A stretch of DNA of 64,000 bases from Acidimicrobiia bacterium (lineage in GTDB: Bacteria > Actinomycetota > Acidimicrobiia > Spongiisociales > ZC4RG35). The notes under the pieces were generated by a model. The model saw only the letters and a program-made list of their open reading frames with translations. It was not told where the DNA came from and searched no databases. The stretch is from contig DATFBM010000012.1 of assembly GCA_035253825.1 (NCBI GenBank), positions 22,054-86,053 on the forward strand, read 5' to 3'. Below, one piece after another: positions 8,582-18,087 of this stretch. Position 1 is the stretch's first letter, and the number at the start of each line of letters is the position of its first letter. Position numbers and translations under genes: made by a program.

Positions 8582-9712
8582 TTAAAGAGTCGACAAGAGT
8601 CCGACGAGGCCGCCTCCCGCGATCAGCCAAGCAGTGTTGACTCGCGTCCTCCACAACAAAACGGCGGCGACAATTCCCACCACCAGGCTACGAAAATCCG
8701 CCAGGGCCGCCACTCCCAGCTGAAAGGTGACGCCCGTCATCAATCCCAGGGCGGCAGCGTTGATTCCGTCCAATGGGGCAGCCGCCCACCATCTCTCCCT
8801 GACCCGCTGCGCCAGACGGGTGATGGCGGCCACGAACAAGAAGGACGGAAGAAAGATGGCGATGGTGGCAACCACCGCTCCCGGCCAGCCCGCCACCAGA
8901 TAGCCGATAAAGGTGGCGGTGGTGAACACCGGTCCGGGAGTGAACTGGCCGATGGCAATGGCGTCGAGGAGCTGTTGTTCGGTCAGGACCTCAAGACCGA
9001 TCACGAGATCGTGGTGGAGAAAGGCCAGCAAGACGTAACCCGAGCCGAAAAGGAATGCGCCCGCCTTGAGGAAAACGCCGAACAGCCTTTCCAGCGAAAG
9101 CGAATCGAGGGTCATGGCTGCGGCGAGTGCCTCCCCGCCCCAGAAAGGAAACAGCGAGGCCGGCGGAGCCGTGCTAGCCGACCTCAAAGCCAGGAGAGCG
9201 ACTCCCCCGATGGCGAGGATGGCCAGCTCGTTGAAGCCGAGCAGGTAGGCGACCGTGGCGCCGGCCCCGATCACACCTGTTGCCCAACCTTTGACCGCTG
9301 TCCTTCCCAACTTGATCAGAGCCTGGACAACGATCATCACCACCACCGGCTTGATCCCGTACAAGAGGCCCTCACCGCTGGGGGTGTTGCCATATTCGAC
9401 ATACGCCCAGGCGAGTGCCAGCACGATAAGCGCAGCGGGAAGGATGAACGACACCCCTGCAGCAATTAGCCCTCGCCAGCCGCCTCGCTCATGCCCCACG
9501 TGCATCGCCATCTCGGTCGAGTTCGGGCCAGGAATCATGTTGGTGACACCCATCAGATCGAGAAAGCGCTGATCATCGAGCCAGCCGCGGCGAGTCACGA
9601 CTTCGTCGTGCATCATCGAAAGGTGCGCTGCCGGCCCTCCAAAAGAAGTGACACCCAGCCGTCCGAAGAGGCGGATCAGCTCCCCGAGCGATTGCCGCGG
9701 CGGCGACTCCAA
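8582..9712 (-). CDS. chrA: Chromate ion transporter (CHR family)
   Basis: FGRLGVTSFGGPAAHLSMMHDEVV...NMIPGPNSTEMAMHVG, then a second repeat with TPGPVFTTATFIGY. This is the duplicated CHR signature. Confidence 0.85.
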   Translation of the reverse strand: MESPPRQSLGELIRLFGRLGVTSFGGPAAHLSMMHDEVVTRRGWLDDQRFLDLMGVTNMIPGPNSTEMAMHVGHERGGWRGLIAAGVSFILPAALIVLALAWAYVEYGNTPSGEGLLYGIKPVVVMIVVQALIKLGRTAVKGWATGVIGAGATVAYLLGFNELAILAIGGVALLALRSASTAPPASLFPFWGGEALAAAMTLDSLSLERLFGVFLKAGAFLFGSGYVLLAFLHHDLVIGLEVLTEQQLLDAIAIGQFTPGPVFTTATFIGYLVAGWPGAVVATIAIFLPSFLFVAAITRLAQRVRERWWAAAPLDGINAAALGLMTGVTFQLGVAALADFRSLVVGIVAAVLLWRTRVNTAWLIAGGGLVGLLSTL

Positions 9713-9727
9713 GACCTGGCGGTCCGG

Positions 9728-10108
9728 TTATCTACTGGCTGCTTCGAAGATCTCGATGAGGTTGCCGGCCGGGTCCTCCACCAGAATCTGTTTCCCGCCC
9801 GGCCCGGTCACGATGTCGTTGCGAAAGGGCACCCCTTCCGACCGGAGACGCTCGACCTCGGCCTCGATGTCATCGACGACGAATTCGATTCGGTTCCATC
9901 CTCCCGCTTCGGGCTTGCGGCCATCCGGCATCGGACGCCCCGCCGAGCTGGTGGGACCGCTGAGCAGGAGACGCAACTGGCCTCGGACGACATCGGCGAA
10001 CGCGGGAGCAGCATCGGATTGGAGCCGAAAACCGAAGTGCTTGGTGTAGAAGTCGACCGCGGCCGGAACATCGTCGACCATGTAACGCACATTCACCGTG
10101 TCATCCAT
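9728..10108 (-). CDS. VOC (glyoxalase/bleomycin-resistance/dioxygenase) family protein
   Basis: 126 aa. VDDVPAAVDFYTKHFGF...IEFVVDDIEAEVERLRSEGV...EDPAGNLIEI. Confidence 0.8.
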   Translation of the reverse strand: MDDTVNVRYMVDDVPAAVDFYTKHFGFRLQSDAAPAFADVVRGQLRLLLSGPTSSAGRPMPDGRKPEAGGWNRIEFVVDDIEAEVERLRSEGVPFRNDIVTGPGGKQILVEDPAGNLIEIFEAASR

Positions 10109-10178
10109 CTCCGACCTCCTCGGTAGCGTTCGCGTTGTCCTCGAGGGTGCTCAGAACCACCCTAAGCAAAGCCTCCGA

Positions 10179-10412
10179 TTAGACGCCCAGATCAGCCGTT
10201 TCCACCGACTCCAACACCGACTCCAGCACAATGGCCTGCGTCGGGCAGGCGGCAGCCACTTCGCGCAACAGGTCGTCGTCCACGGTGGTGACGTCGAGGA
10301 GTTCGGGCTTTAAGAAATCGCCATGCCTCCACTGAAAAGCCGATGGAGCCAGCACAAGACAGGTACCCGCTCCGATGCAACGGCGGCGATCGATGACCAC
10401 CCTCACTGCCAT
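10179..10412 (-). CDS. Small ferredoxin (3Fe-4S/4Fe-4S single-cluster type)
   Basis: VVIDRRRCIGAGTCLVLAPSAF...AAACPTQAI gives a CxxGxxC...CP pattern. Its start overlaps the 3' end of the upstream regulator gene by 10 nt. Confidence 0.75.
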   Translation of the reverse strand: MAVRVVIDRRRCIGAGTCLVLAPSAFQWRHGDFLKPELLDVTTVDDDLLREVAAACPTQAIVLESVLESVETADLGV

Positions 10413-13400
10413 GAGACACCCGCCTTGATTGCATACTCCAGGGCCTCGGCCGGCGAGGCAACTCTCAGCTTGGCGAGCAACCCGTCCACTTGATCGGGCG
10501 TCGATTCCTGAGCCGATAGGGAGCCCGATGCCATCTCGCGGAGCAGTGCAAGGTCCTTCTCGCTCAACTCCGTGCCTTCCGGCTGTTCGGACGCCGACGA
10601 CTCGTAGCCAACTATTTCCGCCAACTCACGAACCATGGGGAGCGCAAACCACCGGGCATTGACCTCAGGGTCCGACATTGAAGCGTCGGCGAACCCCAAG
10701 GCGGCGATGATCTCGGCGCTCAGCGAAGCTGTTTCCGGCTCGTTGTTCACGATCAAGATCCGCCCCGCCGTCCACAGGGCGTGAACATATTGCTCGAGAA
10801 ATGTCTCGCCATCGAGCTGCAGGCAAGCCCGGGCTTCAACCGCGGCCGTCGAGAGATCACCCTTCGCCTGGGACACAAGCGCTAGCGCGGCGTGGGCCTC
10901 GGACTCCCAGGGCAGTTGACCGCTCATCGAATCGACCGTCGCCAGGGTTCGGGCCGCCGCTGACTTCGCCTTCTCCAGGGCCGACTCGTCACCGGTGGTG
11001 ACGCCGATCCGAGCGCATTCGAAAGCCATGGTCGACAGCGCCTGGCAACGCCCGCCCAGATTCTTCAGGCCCGCCAACTCCGCCGCCCGTTCGAAATGAG
11101 CGACAGTGCCGCCAAGGTCGTTACGCGCCGCGGCGTGGGCTCCCCGCCACATCTCCAGGCGGCGCGCCATGGATCCACTGGCAACCGATACCGCCGCGCC
11201 AGCGGCCCGTTCAAGCCATGCCACACATTGGAGTTCATCTCCGACCGATAAATGCGTCATCGCCATCCCACCCGCGACGAGACATTCCAGCCAGCGGTCA
11301 CCGAGGGCCCGCGCCGCATCGAAGGCCTCACGTCCTCGTTCCAGCGCCAATCCGGGTTGGAGATTCGTCCGCGCATATGTGTGGATGCTGTAAAGCATCA
11401 GGGAGTCGTCCTTGGCTCGCTGGCTCTCGGTGATCTCGCCACTCCGGTTGTGATGTAGGGCCCTGATGTGCTCCATGCGACCTGCCATGCCTGTTGCCGT
11501 CGGATCCGTGACATGCGCATACGCCATCAAGATCAAGGCGGACATCGACCCTCGCTTGTCACCGAGCTCTTCGTAGATTCGAAAGGCCTCCTCGGCCAGC
11601 TGCTTGGTTTTCCCAAACATCACCGGTGCCTGCATCAGGATCTCAATCCGTGACGTCCCGCTCTCCTCTGCTGCGATCGCCGCCCGCTTCACCCGTCCGG
11701 CCTCGATGACCGCCAGCTCCCGCATTGCATCGGCTTCCTCGGAACGTGCTCCGAGTTCTCGAGCAATGTCCAGGGCGGTCTGGAAGGCTGACTCCGCCGC
11801 GTCGAGGTCGACCTCGACCAGGGTCATATAGCCCTCGCCGATCGGTGCCCGGGTGAGTGCTTGCCCCAGTTCGAGACGAGCCGACAGCTCCAAGCGCCGG
11901 TCGCTCGAGTCCACGGCCGCCTGGCACACACCGAGGGCCAGGTCGGCTGCCATTTCGAAGTCCTGGTTGGCCCGAGCCGCCGACGCTCTCCTCAGCCTTA
12001 CTTCGTTGTCGATCTCGGGGAGTGCTGCTGCCAGCGCGCTCATCTCCGCCAGGTTGGCGAGTCGGTCGATTCCTCGGTCGAGGATTTGGAGAGCGTCGTC
12101 TCTTACTCGCAGCATCGAGATTCGATCCTCTGGCTTAGATGCCGCAGTCAGGGCGGCATCGATCAGCCGGACTGCCTCCTCGGGGGCGGAGACTTCCATC
12201 GCCGCCCGTGCCGCCGCCATCGCAGAAGAGACTGCTAGCGCTTGATCGCCCGCTCGCAGGGCGTGATGAGCCAGCATGGACAGGTTCTCGTTTCCCCCCA
12301 GAGCGGCCATCGACTCAGCGATGGCACCGTGGATTGCTCGCCGACGTTGCCTCGAGATCGAACTCAGCAACGCCGCCCTGATCTGGTCGTGCGAGAACGA
12401 GAAGTCGTAGCGGGATCCAGGGGGCTCTTCCACCAACAGACCCAAATCGATTGCCTTTTCCAGGGTCTCGCTGAGCTGCCATTCCGGCCTTTCGGGCTCG
12501 CCCTGCACCCGTGCCAGCATCCGGGCCAAGTCCCCGAGAGCGAATCGCCGCCCCAAGACCCCGGCGTCGGCAAGGAGAGCTCGACACTCCTCGGGCAGTT
12601 GGGCGAGCCGGCGCTCGATCAGTGACTGGATGGAGGAGGGCACCGCCGGACCGCTCAATTTGGTCATGGTCCAGATGCCGTTGATCAGCTGGAGCGCTTC
12701 CGCCTCCCGGTACGCCCGAGCCAACTCCTCCGCAAAGAATGGGACACCCTCGGATCGGGCGTGGAAACTGGCAACCGTGGCCTCATCCACCGGAGCGCCG
12801 AGCAGACCCTTGAGCAACTCTCCTGTCTGAATCCGGGTGAGGCGCTGCAGTCGTAACACCTGGGTCACGCGCATCCGGTCAAGGTCGGCGATCAGCTTTC
12901 CGGCACCACCCGAGCTCGAGTCCGAATGGGGGCGGAGGCTGATGAGCAGGAAAATGGGGCCGGAGGCAAGGGTCCTGACGAGGTAACGAATCAGCTGGAT
13001 GCTGTCGTCGTCGGCCCATTGCACGTCGTCAAATAGGAGCGCCAACGGCCGCTCCCTGGTCAGGGCCAGGAATGCCGAGGTCACCTCGTCGAAAGTCCTC
13101 AGCATCTTCTCTTGCGGCGAGAGACCCTCCGTTCGTGCACCATTGCCCCCGACCGCTTCCTGGGCTCGGTCCAATGCTTCCAATGCCATCGCCTGCTGGG
13201 CGATCGCGCTTGTGCGAGGTGACTTGAGCAGTGAGCGAAACAGGAGAAACGGACCCCTCAACTCCTCATCGGCTGCGACGTCAAGCACCCAGAACGGGGA
13301 TTCCATCCCGGTGGCTAGATCAGCGGTGGCTTCCAGCATCCGGGTCTTCCCGATGCCTGCCTCCCCTTCGATTACGACAGCCCGCAGCCCTCCGGGAGCT

Positions 13401-14176
13401 GCTAGCTGCTCGGCGATTATCCCGAGTTCCCGGGACCTTCCCACCACCGGCGCCGAAGTCCGGGGAGCATCGACATCGAATGCCGCCGCCGACACAGCTC
13501 TTGTCTCCCTCGTGATCCGGTCGCCATGATCCTTTTCTCGCCAGAGGATCTCGAAAAGGCGCCACCGCTCGGGGAATCCCTTCAGCCAAAATAGGCCCCG
13601 GTCGACGATCCGGGCATGACTCAGGGTTCCGGCGAGATCGTGGACTATTTGGGAAACAAGGATCTGGCCACCCTGTGCCTTGTTGGCTATGCGCGATGCG
13701 GCATGGACAGCGGTGCCATGGGCATCGCTCATCGACTGGGTGACGTCACCGCTGTTGAGCCCGATCCGGACCGAGATCGGTAGGTCGGGGGTAGCTAGGT
13801 TGCGCTGCTCGATGGCCTGCTGAACGGAAACGGCGGCTTCGATGGCCTGGTGAGCTGAGTTGAACAACGCCATGAACCCGTCACCCAGCGACTTCAGCCG
13901 GGCACCGCCCGACCTTTCCAGGCACGACCGGACCAGATCGTCGTGGGCCCTGATCACCTCGTTGGCGACGGTGTCGCCGACTCGAAGCCGCAAATCCGTA
14001 GAGCCCTCGAGATCGGTAAAGAGAATGGTGACGGTCCCCGTTTCTCCACCCAGCGAAGCGGGGGGAGTGCCGGCGAAGCCGGCGAGGGGGGCGGATCCTA
14101 CCTCCGACTCAGTCTCGCTCATCTGGTGCCCATTCGTTCCTGACGTTACCGCCGCAGCCAGCGGACCGACCTCCAT
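10403..14176 (-). CDS. Multidomain regulator: class III adenylate/guanylate cyclase, P-loop (STAND/AAA) ATPase, TPR-like region, LuxR-type C-terminal HTH
   Basis: ILFTDLEGST...KSLGDGFMALF...GTAVHAASR (cyclase). GEAGIGKTRML and LLFDDVQWADD (Walker A and B). Long helical repeat region. The C-terminal LSEKDLALLREMASG...AEALEYAIKAGV resembles a LuxR HTH. I recall the same architecture in M. tuberculosis Rv0386-type proteins. Confidence 0.85.
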   Translation of the reverse strand: MEVGPLAAAVTSGTNGHQMSETESEVGSAPLAGFAGTPPASLGGETGTVTILFTDLEGSTDLRLRVGDTVANEVIRAHDDLVRSCLERSGGARLKSLGDGFMALFNSAHQAIEAAVSVQQAIEQRNLATPDLPISVRIGLNSGDVTQSMSDAHGTAVHAASRIANKAQGGQILVSQIVHDLAGTLSHARIVDRGLFWLKGFPERWRLFEILWREKDHGDRITRETRAVSAAAFDVDAPRTSAPVVGRSRELGIIAEQLAAPGGLRAVVIEGEAGIGKTRMLEATADLATGMESPFWVLDVAADEELRGPFLLFRSLLKSPRTSAIAQQAMALEALDRAQEAVGGNGARTEGLSPQEKMLRTFDEVTSAFLALTRERPLALLFDDVQWADDDSIQLIRYLVRTLASGPIFLLISLRPHSDSSSGGAGKLIADLDRMRVTQVLRLQRLTRIQTGELLKGLLGAPVDEATVASFHARSEGVPFFAEELARAYREAEALQLINGIWTMTKLSGPAVPSSIQSLIERRLAQLPEECRALLADAGVLGRRFALGDLARMLARVQGEPERPEWQLSETLEKAIDLGLLVEEPPGSRYDFSFSHDQIRAALLSSISRQRRRAIHGAIAESMAALGGNENLSMLAHHALRAGDQALAVSSAMAAARAAMEVSAPEEAVRLIDAALTAASKPEDRISMLRVRDDALQILDRGIDRLANLAEMSALAAALPEIDNEVRLRRASAARANQDFEMAADLALGVCQAAVDSSDRRLELSARLELGQALTRAPIGEGYMTLVEVDLDAAESAFQTALDIARELGARSEEADAMRELAVIEAGRVKRAAIAAEESGTSRIEILMQAPVMFGKTKQLAEEAFRIYEELGDKRGSMSALILMAYAHVTDPTATGMAGRMEHIRALHHNRSGEITESQRAKDDSLMLYSIHTYARTNLQPGLALERGREAFDAARALGDRWLECLVAGGMAMTHLSVGDELQCVAWLERAAGAAVSVASGSMARRLEMWRGAHAAARNDLGGTVAHFERAAELAGLKNLGGRCQALSTMAFECARIGVTTGDESALEKAKSAAARTLATVDSMSGQLPWESEAHAALALVSQAKGDLSTAAVEARACLQLDGETFLEQYVHALWTAGRILIVNNEPETASLSAEIIAALGFADASMSDPEVNARWFALPMVRELAEIVGYESSASEQPEGTELSEKDLALLREMASGSLSAQESTPDQVDGLLAKLRVASPAEALEYAIKAGVSWQ

Positions 14177-14210
14177 GAGCTTGCGTGCTACGCCCGTCTA
14201 TCGAACAAGA

Positions 14211-14651
14211 ATGGATCGGCACCGACCAGGAGGGGCCCCCGCGAGCGAGCCGCAGTCACAAGTCGAGAAGGTGTTGGCCAATGCGCCTTTTATCGCCGAC
14301 CTTGGCATCACCTTGGTCGGATCGGGACCCGACTGGCTGGAGACCGAGCTCCACATCGTCCCCCGTCTCCGCCAACAGCACGGATACGTCCACGCCGGGG
14401 TCATCACTACCCTCGCCGACCACACTGCGGGAGGGGCCGCCTCGATCCTGATCGGCTCGAAGCAATCGGTTCTCACCGCCGACTTCACGGTCCATCTTCT
14501 CCGTCCGGCCTCGGGAGAGTTGTTGCGGTGTCGGGGTGAAGTCGTCAAGGCCGGGAAGCGACTGATCGTTACCCAAGCCGATGTCTGGGACGACAAGGTT
14601 CACTGCGGTCGATACCTGGGAACCATGGCGGTCGTCGATCTTGCCCTGTGA
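14211..14651 (+). CDS. PaaI-family hotdog thioesterase
   Basis: ANAPFIADLGITLV...HGYVHAGVITTLADHTAGGAA...VVKAGKRLIVTQADV. The listed ORF 13860.. is an antisense extension over the neighbouring gene. ATG 14175 is an alternative start. Confidence 0.8.
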   Translation: MDRHRPGGAPASEPQSQVEKVLANAPFIADLGITLVGSGPDWLETELHIVPRLRQQHGYVHAGVITTLADHTAGGAASILIGSKQSVLTADFTVHLLRPASGELLRCRGEVVKAGKRLIVTQADVWDDKVHCGRYLGTMAVVDLAL

Positions 14652-14702
14652 AGCCGGCAGGTTAGGTGTCAGAATTCAGCGCCCAGCGGTGTTAAACAGC
14701 TG

Positions 14703-15215
14703 ATGAGTCCGCTCCCAGACGCCCAGTTCGCGGAAGTCTTTCGCCGTCACTACCCGCGTCTCGTCGGTCTGGCCAGTCGTGTGCTTGGCGACGCCAGGGA
14801 AGCCGAGGACGCCGCACAGGAAGCTTTGCTCGCCGTCCGGATCGACCCCGTGGCCGAACGGGGCGATGATGACGTCGCCGCCTGGCTCTCCCGGGTCGTG
14901 ATCAACGGCAGTCTGAACCGGCTACGAAGCCGGAGACGCGCCGATGTGCTTGCCCAAGTGGTCGGCGCACGCGAATTGCCACCGCCGAGCGACGAGCCAG
15001 CCCAGGCGGCCGAAGATGCCGACGAACGCGAACGAGTCCGAGCCACCCTTGCGGTCCTACCAGAGCGACAGGCGGCCGCCCTGCTCCTCCGCCACGCTGG
15101 TCATAGCTATAGCGAAATTGCCACCGCCCTCGGGGTTGCCGAGGGGTCGGTGGGCGTGCTTCTCGCCCGTGGTGAGCGCGCATTCCGACGAGCCCATGAG
15201 GAGATGAACCAATGA
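14703..15215 (+). CDS. ECF-type RNA polymerase sigma factor
   Basis: Region 2 (HYPRLVGLASRVLGDAREAEDAAQEALL) and region 4 (LPERQAAALLLRHAGHSYSEIATALGVAEGSVGVLLARGER). Confidence 0.85.
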   Translation: MSPLPDAQFAEVFRRHYPRLVGLASRVLGDAREAEDAAQEALLAVRIDPVAERGDDDVAAWLSRVVINGSLNRLRSRRRADVLAQVVGARELPPPSDEPAQAAEDADERERVRATLAVLPERQAAALLLRHAGHSYSEIATALGVAEGSVGVLLARGERAFRRAHEEMNQ

Positions 15216-16273
15216 CAAACTGCGCCGACTCGGCAGCTCTGCGCACCCATCTTGACCACCCAAGTGCCGCACTCGACGCCCATCTCGATAGCTGCCACAC
15301 GTGCTCGGGGCTGCTTCGCTCGGTTGCCGCCGATGCGGGCTTCACCAAGCGCTCGCTGGTGCTGCTCGACCCGGCGGAGACGTTTGCCACTCGTCTCGAT
15401 GTGGATGCCGCCCTCGCCGTCGCCTTGACCAAAGTCGGCTCCGCTCCCGTTGTCGCCGGACCTACGGATCGTCGCCGTGGAGTCGTTGGCCGCCGCATTG
15501 TCTTCGCAGGAGTTGCTGCCCTCATGATGCTGATCGTGGGGCTGACTCCGGCCGGACGGGATACGGTCGCCGACGCACTGGACGCTTTCCGGGGAGAGAG
15601 GCTGCAGGTAGTCGTCGTGGACACCGAGGCGTGGGCGGCGTCCCTCGACCCCGAGGGCGTGCAGGCCCTGGCCACCATCGGAGAAATAGATATGAGCGGC
15701 ATGGCCGAACCCCATGAGGTCTCCAGCGCCGCCGAAGCGGAGGCGGTATCGGGCATCGCCGCCCCGACGCTCACTGCCGCACCCGACCGCTTTGTCGCTA
15801 TGGCACCGGGGACTGCGCGACTGGAATTGCTAGTGCGGGAAGGAAATGGGGTGCCGGCCGAGCTGGACGGCGCCGCCCTGATCCTGGAGGTGCCCGGTGC
15901 GGTCGGGGCGATCTATGGCCCCCCCGACCGTCCGCCGGAACTCGTGATCGGGCGCAGCGGTGCCCTGGTCATTCGGGCTGAGGGTGCACCACTCGAGGCC
16001 ATCCGGTCCTTCGTCCTCTCTCGTCCGGAGTTGCCCGCCGACTTGCGATCTCAGCTCGCTGCCATGGGCGACTGGCGGTCGACGATCCCGGTGCCGGTCC
16101 CGGTGGACGGTCCCAGCTGGAAAGAGGTGGAGGTGGACGGGCGGCCGGCGATTGCCCTTGGCGACGATTCCGGCGTCGGCGCCCTCGTCATCCGCCAGGA
16201 TCCCGACGGCGTGACGGTGGTGGTCGGCCGCGTCGGCGTCCGCCAAGCGTTGGAACTTGCAGCCGGAGCGTGA
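15212..16273 (+). CDS. Anti-sigma factor (zf-HC2-like, single TM, extracytoplasmic domain)
   Basis: The N-terminus has HLDSCHTCSGLL (HxxxCxxC), followed by one TM segment (IVFAGVAALMMLIVGL). ATGA overlap with the sigma factor gene. Confidence 0.7.
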   Translation: MTNCADSAALRTHLDHPSAALDAHLDSCHTCSGLLRSVAADAGFTKRSLVLLDPAETFATRLDVDAALAVALTKVGSAPVVAGPTDRRRGVVGRRIVFAGVAALMMLIVGLTPAGRDTVADALDAFRGERLQVVVVDTEAWAASLDPEGVQALATIGEIDMSGMAEPHEVSSAAEAEAVSGIAAPTLTAAPDRFVAMAPGTARLELLVREGNGVPAELDGAALILEVPGAVGAIYGPPDRPPELVIGRSGALVIRAEGAPLEAIRSFVLSRPELPADLRSQLAAMGDWRSTIPVPVPVDGPSWKEVEVDGRPAIALGDDSGVGALVIRQDPDGVTVVVGRVGVRQALELAAGA

Positions 16274-17226
16274 CGTCACCAACTGAAGAGGCCATTGGCG
16301 GGAACGGCGCCATCCCCATCGCGGCCACCGGACTCTCCAAGAGCTATCGGGACCGCAAGGTGCTCGACGAGGTTGACCTTCGCGTGGATCCGGGCCAGGT
16401 CGTGGGGCTACTCGGACCCAACGGAGCGGGGAAAACCACCACGGTCAAGGCGTTGCTTGGGATGGTGCACCTCGATGCCGGTGACGCCACGGTGCTCGGC
16501 CGTCCTGTCGGCGACCCCGCTGCCCGCCGCGCTCTGGGTTACTTGCCTGAGAAGTTCCAATACCCCGATTGGCTCGACGGCCGCCAAGTCCTCGAGGCCC
16601 ACGCCCGCCTCATCGGTATTGCGGCGGATGTGCGAGACAACGCCATCGCCGACGCTTTGCGTCTGGTCGGACTCGCTGGCCGCGGCGACGACCGGGTCAG
16701 CGGTTACTCGAAGGGAATGCAGCAGAGACTGGGCTTGGCGACCGCGATCCTGGGGCGGCCGGCCTTGGTGGTTCTCGACGAGCCCACATCGGCCCTCGAC
16801 CCCATCGGACGACGCGAGGTCAGAGATCTCATCCGGACGATGCGAGATCGTGGCACGGCCGTGTTGCTCAACTCCCACCTCCTGGGCGAGGTCGAACAAG
16901 TCTGCGATCACGTCGTGATCCTCCACCGAGGCCGGATCGTTCATTCCGGGTCGTTGGCAGACCTGGCCGCCGGGGTTGAAGTTCGGGTCACCCTCGATCG
17001 CCTCAACGAAGAAGCCCTCGCCGTCTTGGGGGGATTCGGTCGTATCGCTGCCCGGGACGCCAACACAGTTCTCCTCGCCCTTGACGACGCCGCCGCGGTC
17101 CCGGCGCTTGCCTCGGCCCTCGTCACCCGCGGTCACGGACTGCAGGCGCTGGTACCGCTCCATCGCTCCTTGGAGGACGTCTTCGTCGACCTGGTCGGGC
17201 CCATCGGCGATGGAGAGGCGCTGTGA
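16270..17226 (+). CDS. ABC transporter ATP-binding protein
   Basis: GPNGAGKTT, YSKGMQQRL, VVLDEPTSALD. GTGA overlap with the anti-sigma gene. Confidence 0.9.
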   Translation: MTSPTEEAIGGNGAIPIAATGLSKSYRDRKVLDEVDLRVDPGQVVGLLGPNGAGKTTTVKALLGMVHLDAGDATVLGRPVGDPAARRALGYLPEKFQYPDWLDGRQVLEAHARLIGIAADVRDNAIADALRLVGLAGRGDDRVSGYSKGMQQRLGLATAILGRPALVVLDEPTSALDPIGRREVRDLIRTMRDRGTAVLLNSHLLGEVEQVCDHVVILHRGRIVHSGSLADLAAGVEVRVTLDRLNEEALAVLGGFGRIAARDANTVLLALDDAAAVPALASALVTRGHGLQALVPLHRSLEDVFVDLVGPIGDGEAL

Positions 17227-18059
17227 CCGTCGTCCGGCTCACCCTCCGCGAGGCGGCCAACCGGAAGGTCCTCATCGTCGGAGCGGTGGTAAGCGTCGCT
17301 TTCCTGGTGCTCTTCTGGCTCGGTTTCAGCATCGCTTTCAACTCGATTGAAAGTCCCTCCGACCCCACTGATCCGGCGGTCGGGGCGACGATCATGACCG
17401 TCCTCGGCCTTTACGCGGTGCAGTTCTTGGCGGCGTTTATGGCGGTTCTTCTCGCCAGCGGCGCCGTTGCCCCCGAGATCGACAGCGGACGTCTGCACGC
17501 CATCCTCGCCCGGCCGCTCTCCCGGACATCGTGGCTGGCACAGCGGGCTGGCACGTTCGCCATGCTCGCCGCTTGCTACATAGCTCTCATGTCGGGTGCG
17601 ATCCTCCTGATCGCCGCTTCCATCGCCGGGTATGGCGCCATCGCCCCCTGGCGGGGGGTGGCCTTGCTAGCGCTGGAGGTCATCGTGCTCGTCGCACTGG
17701 GGACGGCGCTCTCGGTTCGCTTCTCGGCCCTTGCCGCCGGGGTGATCGTGATCGCTCTTTATGGCGCCGCCTGGATCGGCGGCATCATGGACATCGTCGG
17801 CACGGCCCTCGACAACATCACTCTGCAGCGGATCAGCACCGGCGTCAGCCTTGTCATCCCCTCTGACGCCCTGTGGCGTGGAGCCTCTTACTACTTGCAG
17901 TCTCCCGCCTTCCTGATCGCCGCCCGGGTCGAGGCCGACACCGGCAACCCTTTCGCCGGCAATGCCCCGCCGAGCGGTCTCTTCGTCGCCTGGGCAATTG
18001 CCTATGGGACGACCTGGTGGTTGCTAGCCGATCGCTGGTTTCGCCGCCGCGACCTCTGA
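17223..18059 (+). CDS. ABC-2 type transporter permease
   Basis: 278 aa with 6 hydrophobic segments. GTGA overlap with the ATPase gene. Confidence 0.75.
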   Translation: MTVVRLTLREAANRKVLIVGAVVSVAFLVLFWLGFSIAFNSIESPSDPTDPAVGATIMTVLGLYAVQFLAAFMAVLLASGAVAPEIDSGRLHAILARPLSRTSWLAQRAGTFAMLAACYIALMSGAILLIAASIAGYGAIAPWRGVALLALEVIVLVALGTALSVRFSALAAGVIVIALYGAAWIGGIMDIVGTALDNITLQRISTGVSLVIPSDALWRGASYYLQSPAFLIAARVEADTGNPFAGNAPPSGLFVAWAIAYGTTWWLLADRWFRRRDL

Positions 18060-18087
18060 GCACTCTTGCGTAGACATGGCGGCATAA

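Noticed and set aside
13860-14210. Upstream extension of the thioesterase ORF.
   Set aside because: It is antisense to the N-terminal cyclase domain of the 1257-aa regulator, and homology to PaaI thioesterases begins after ATG 14211.
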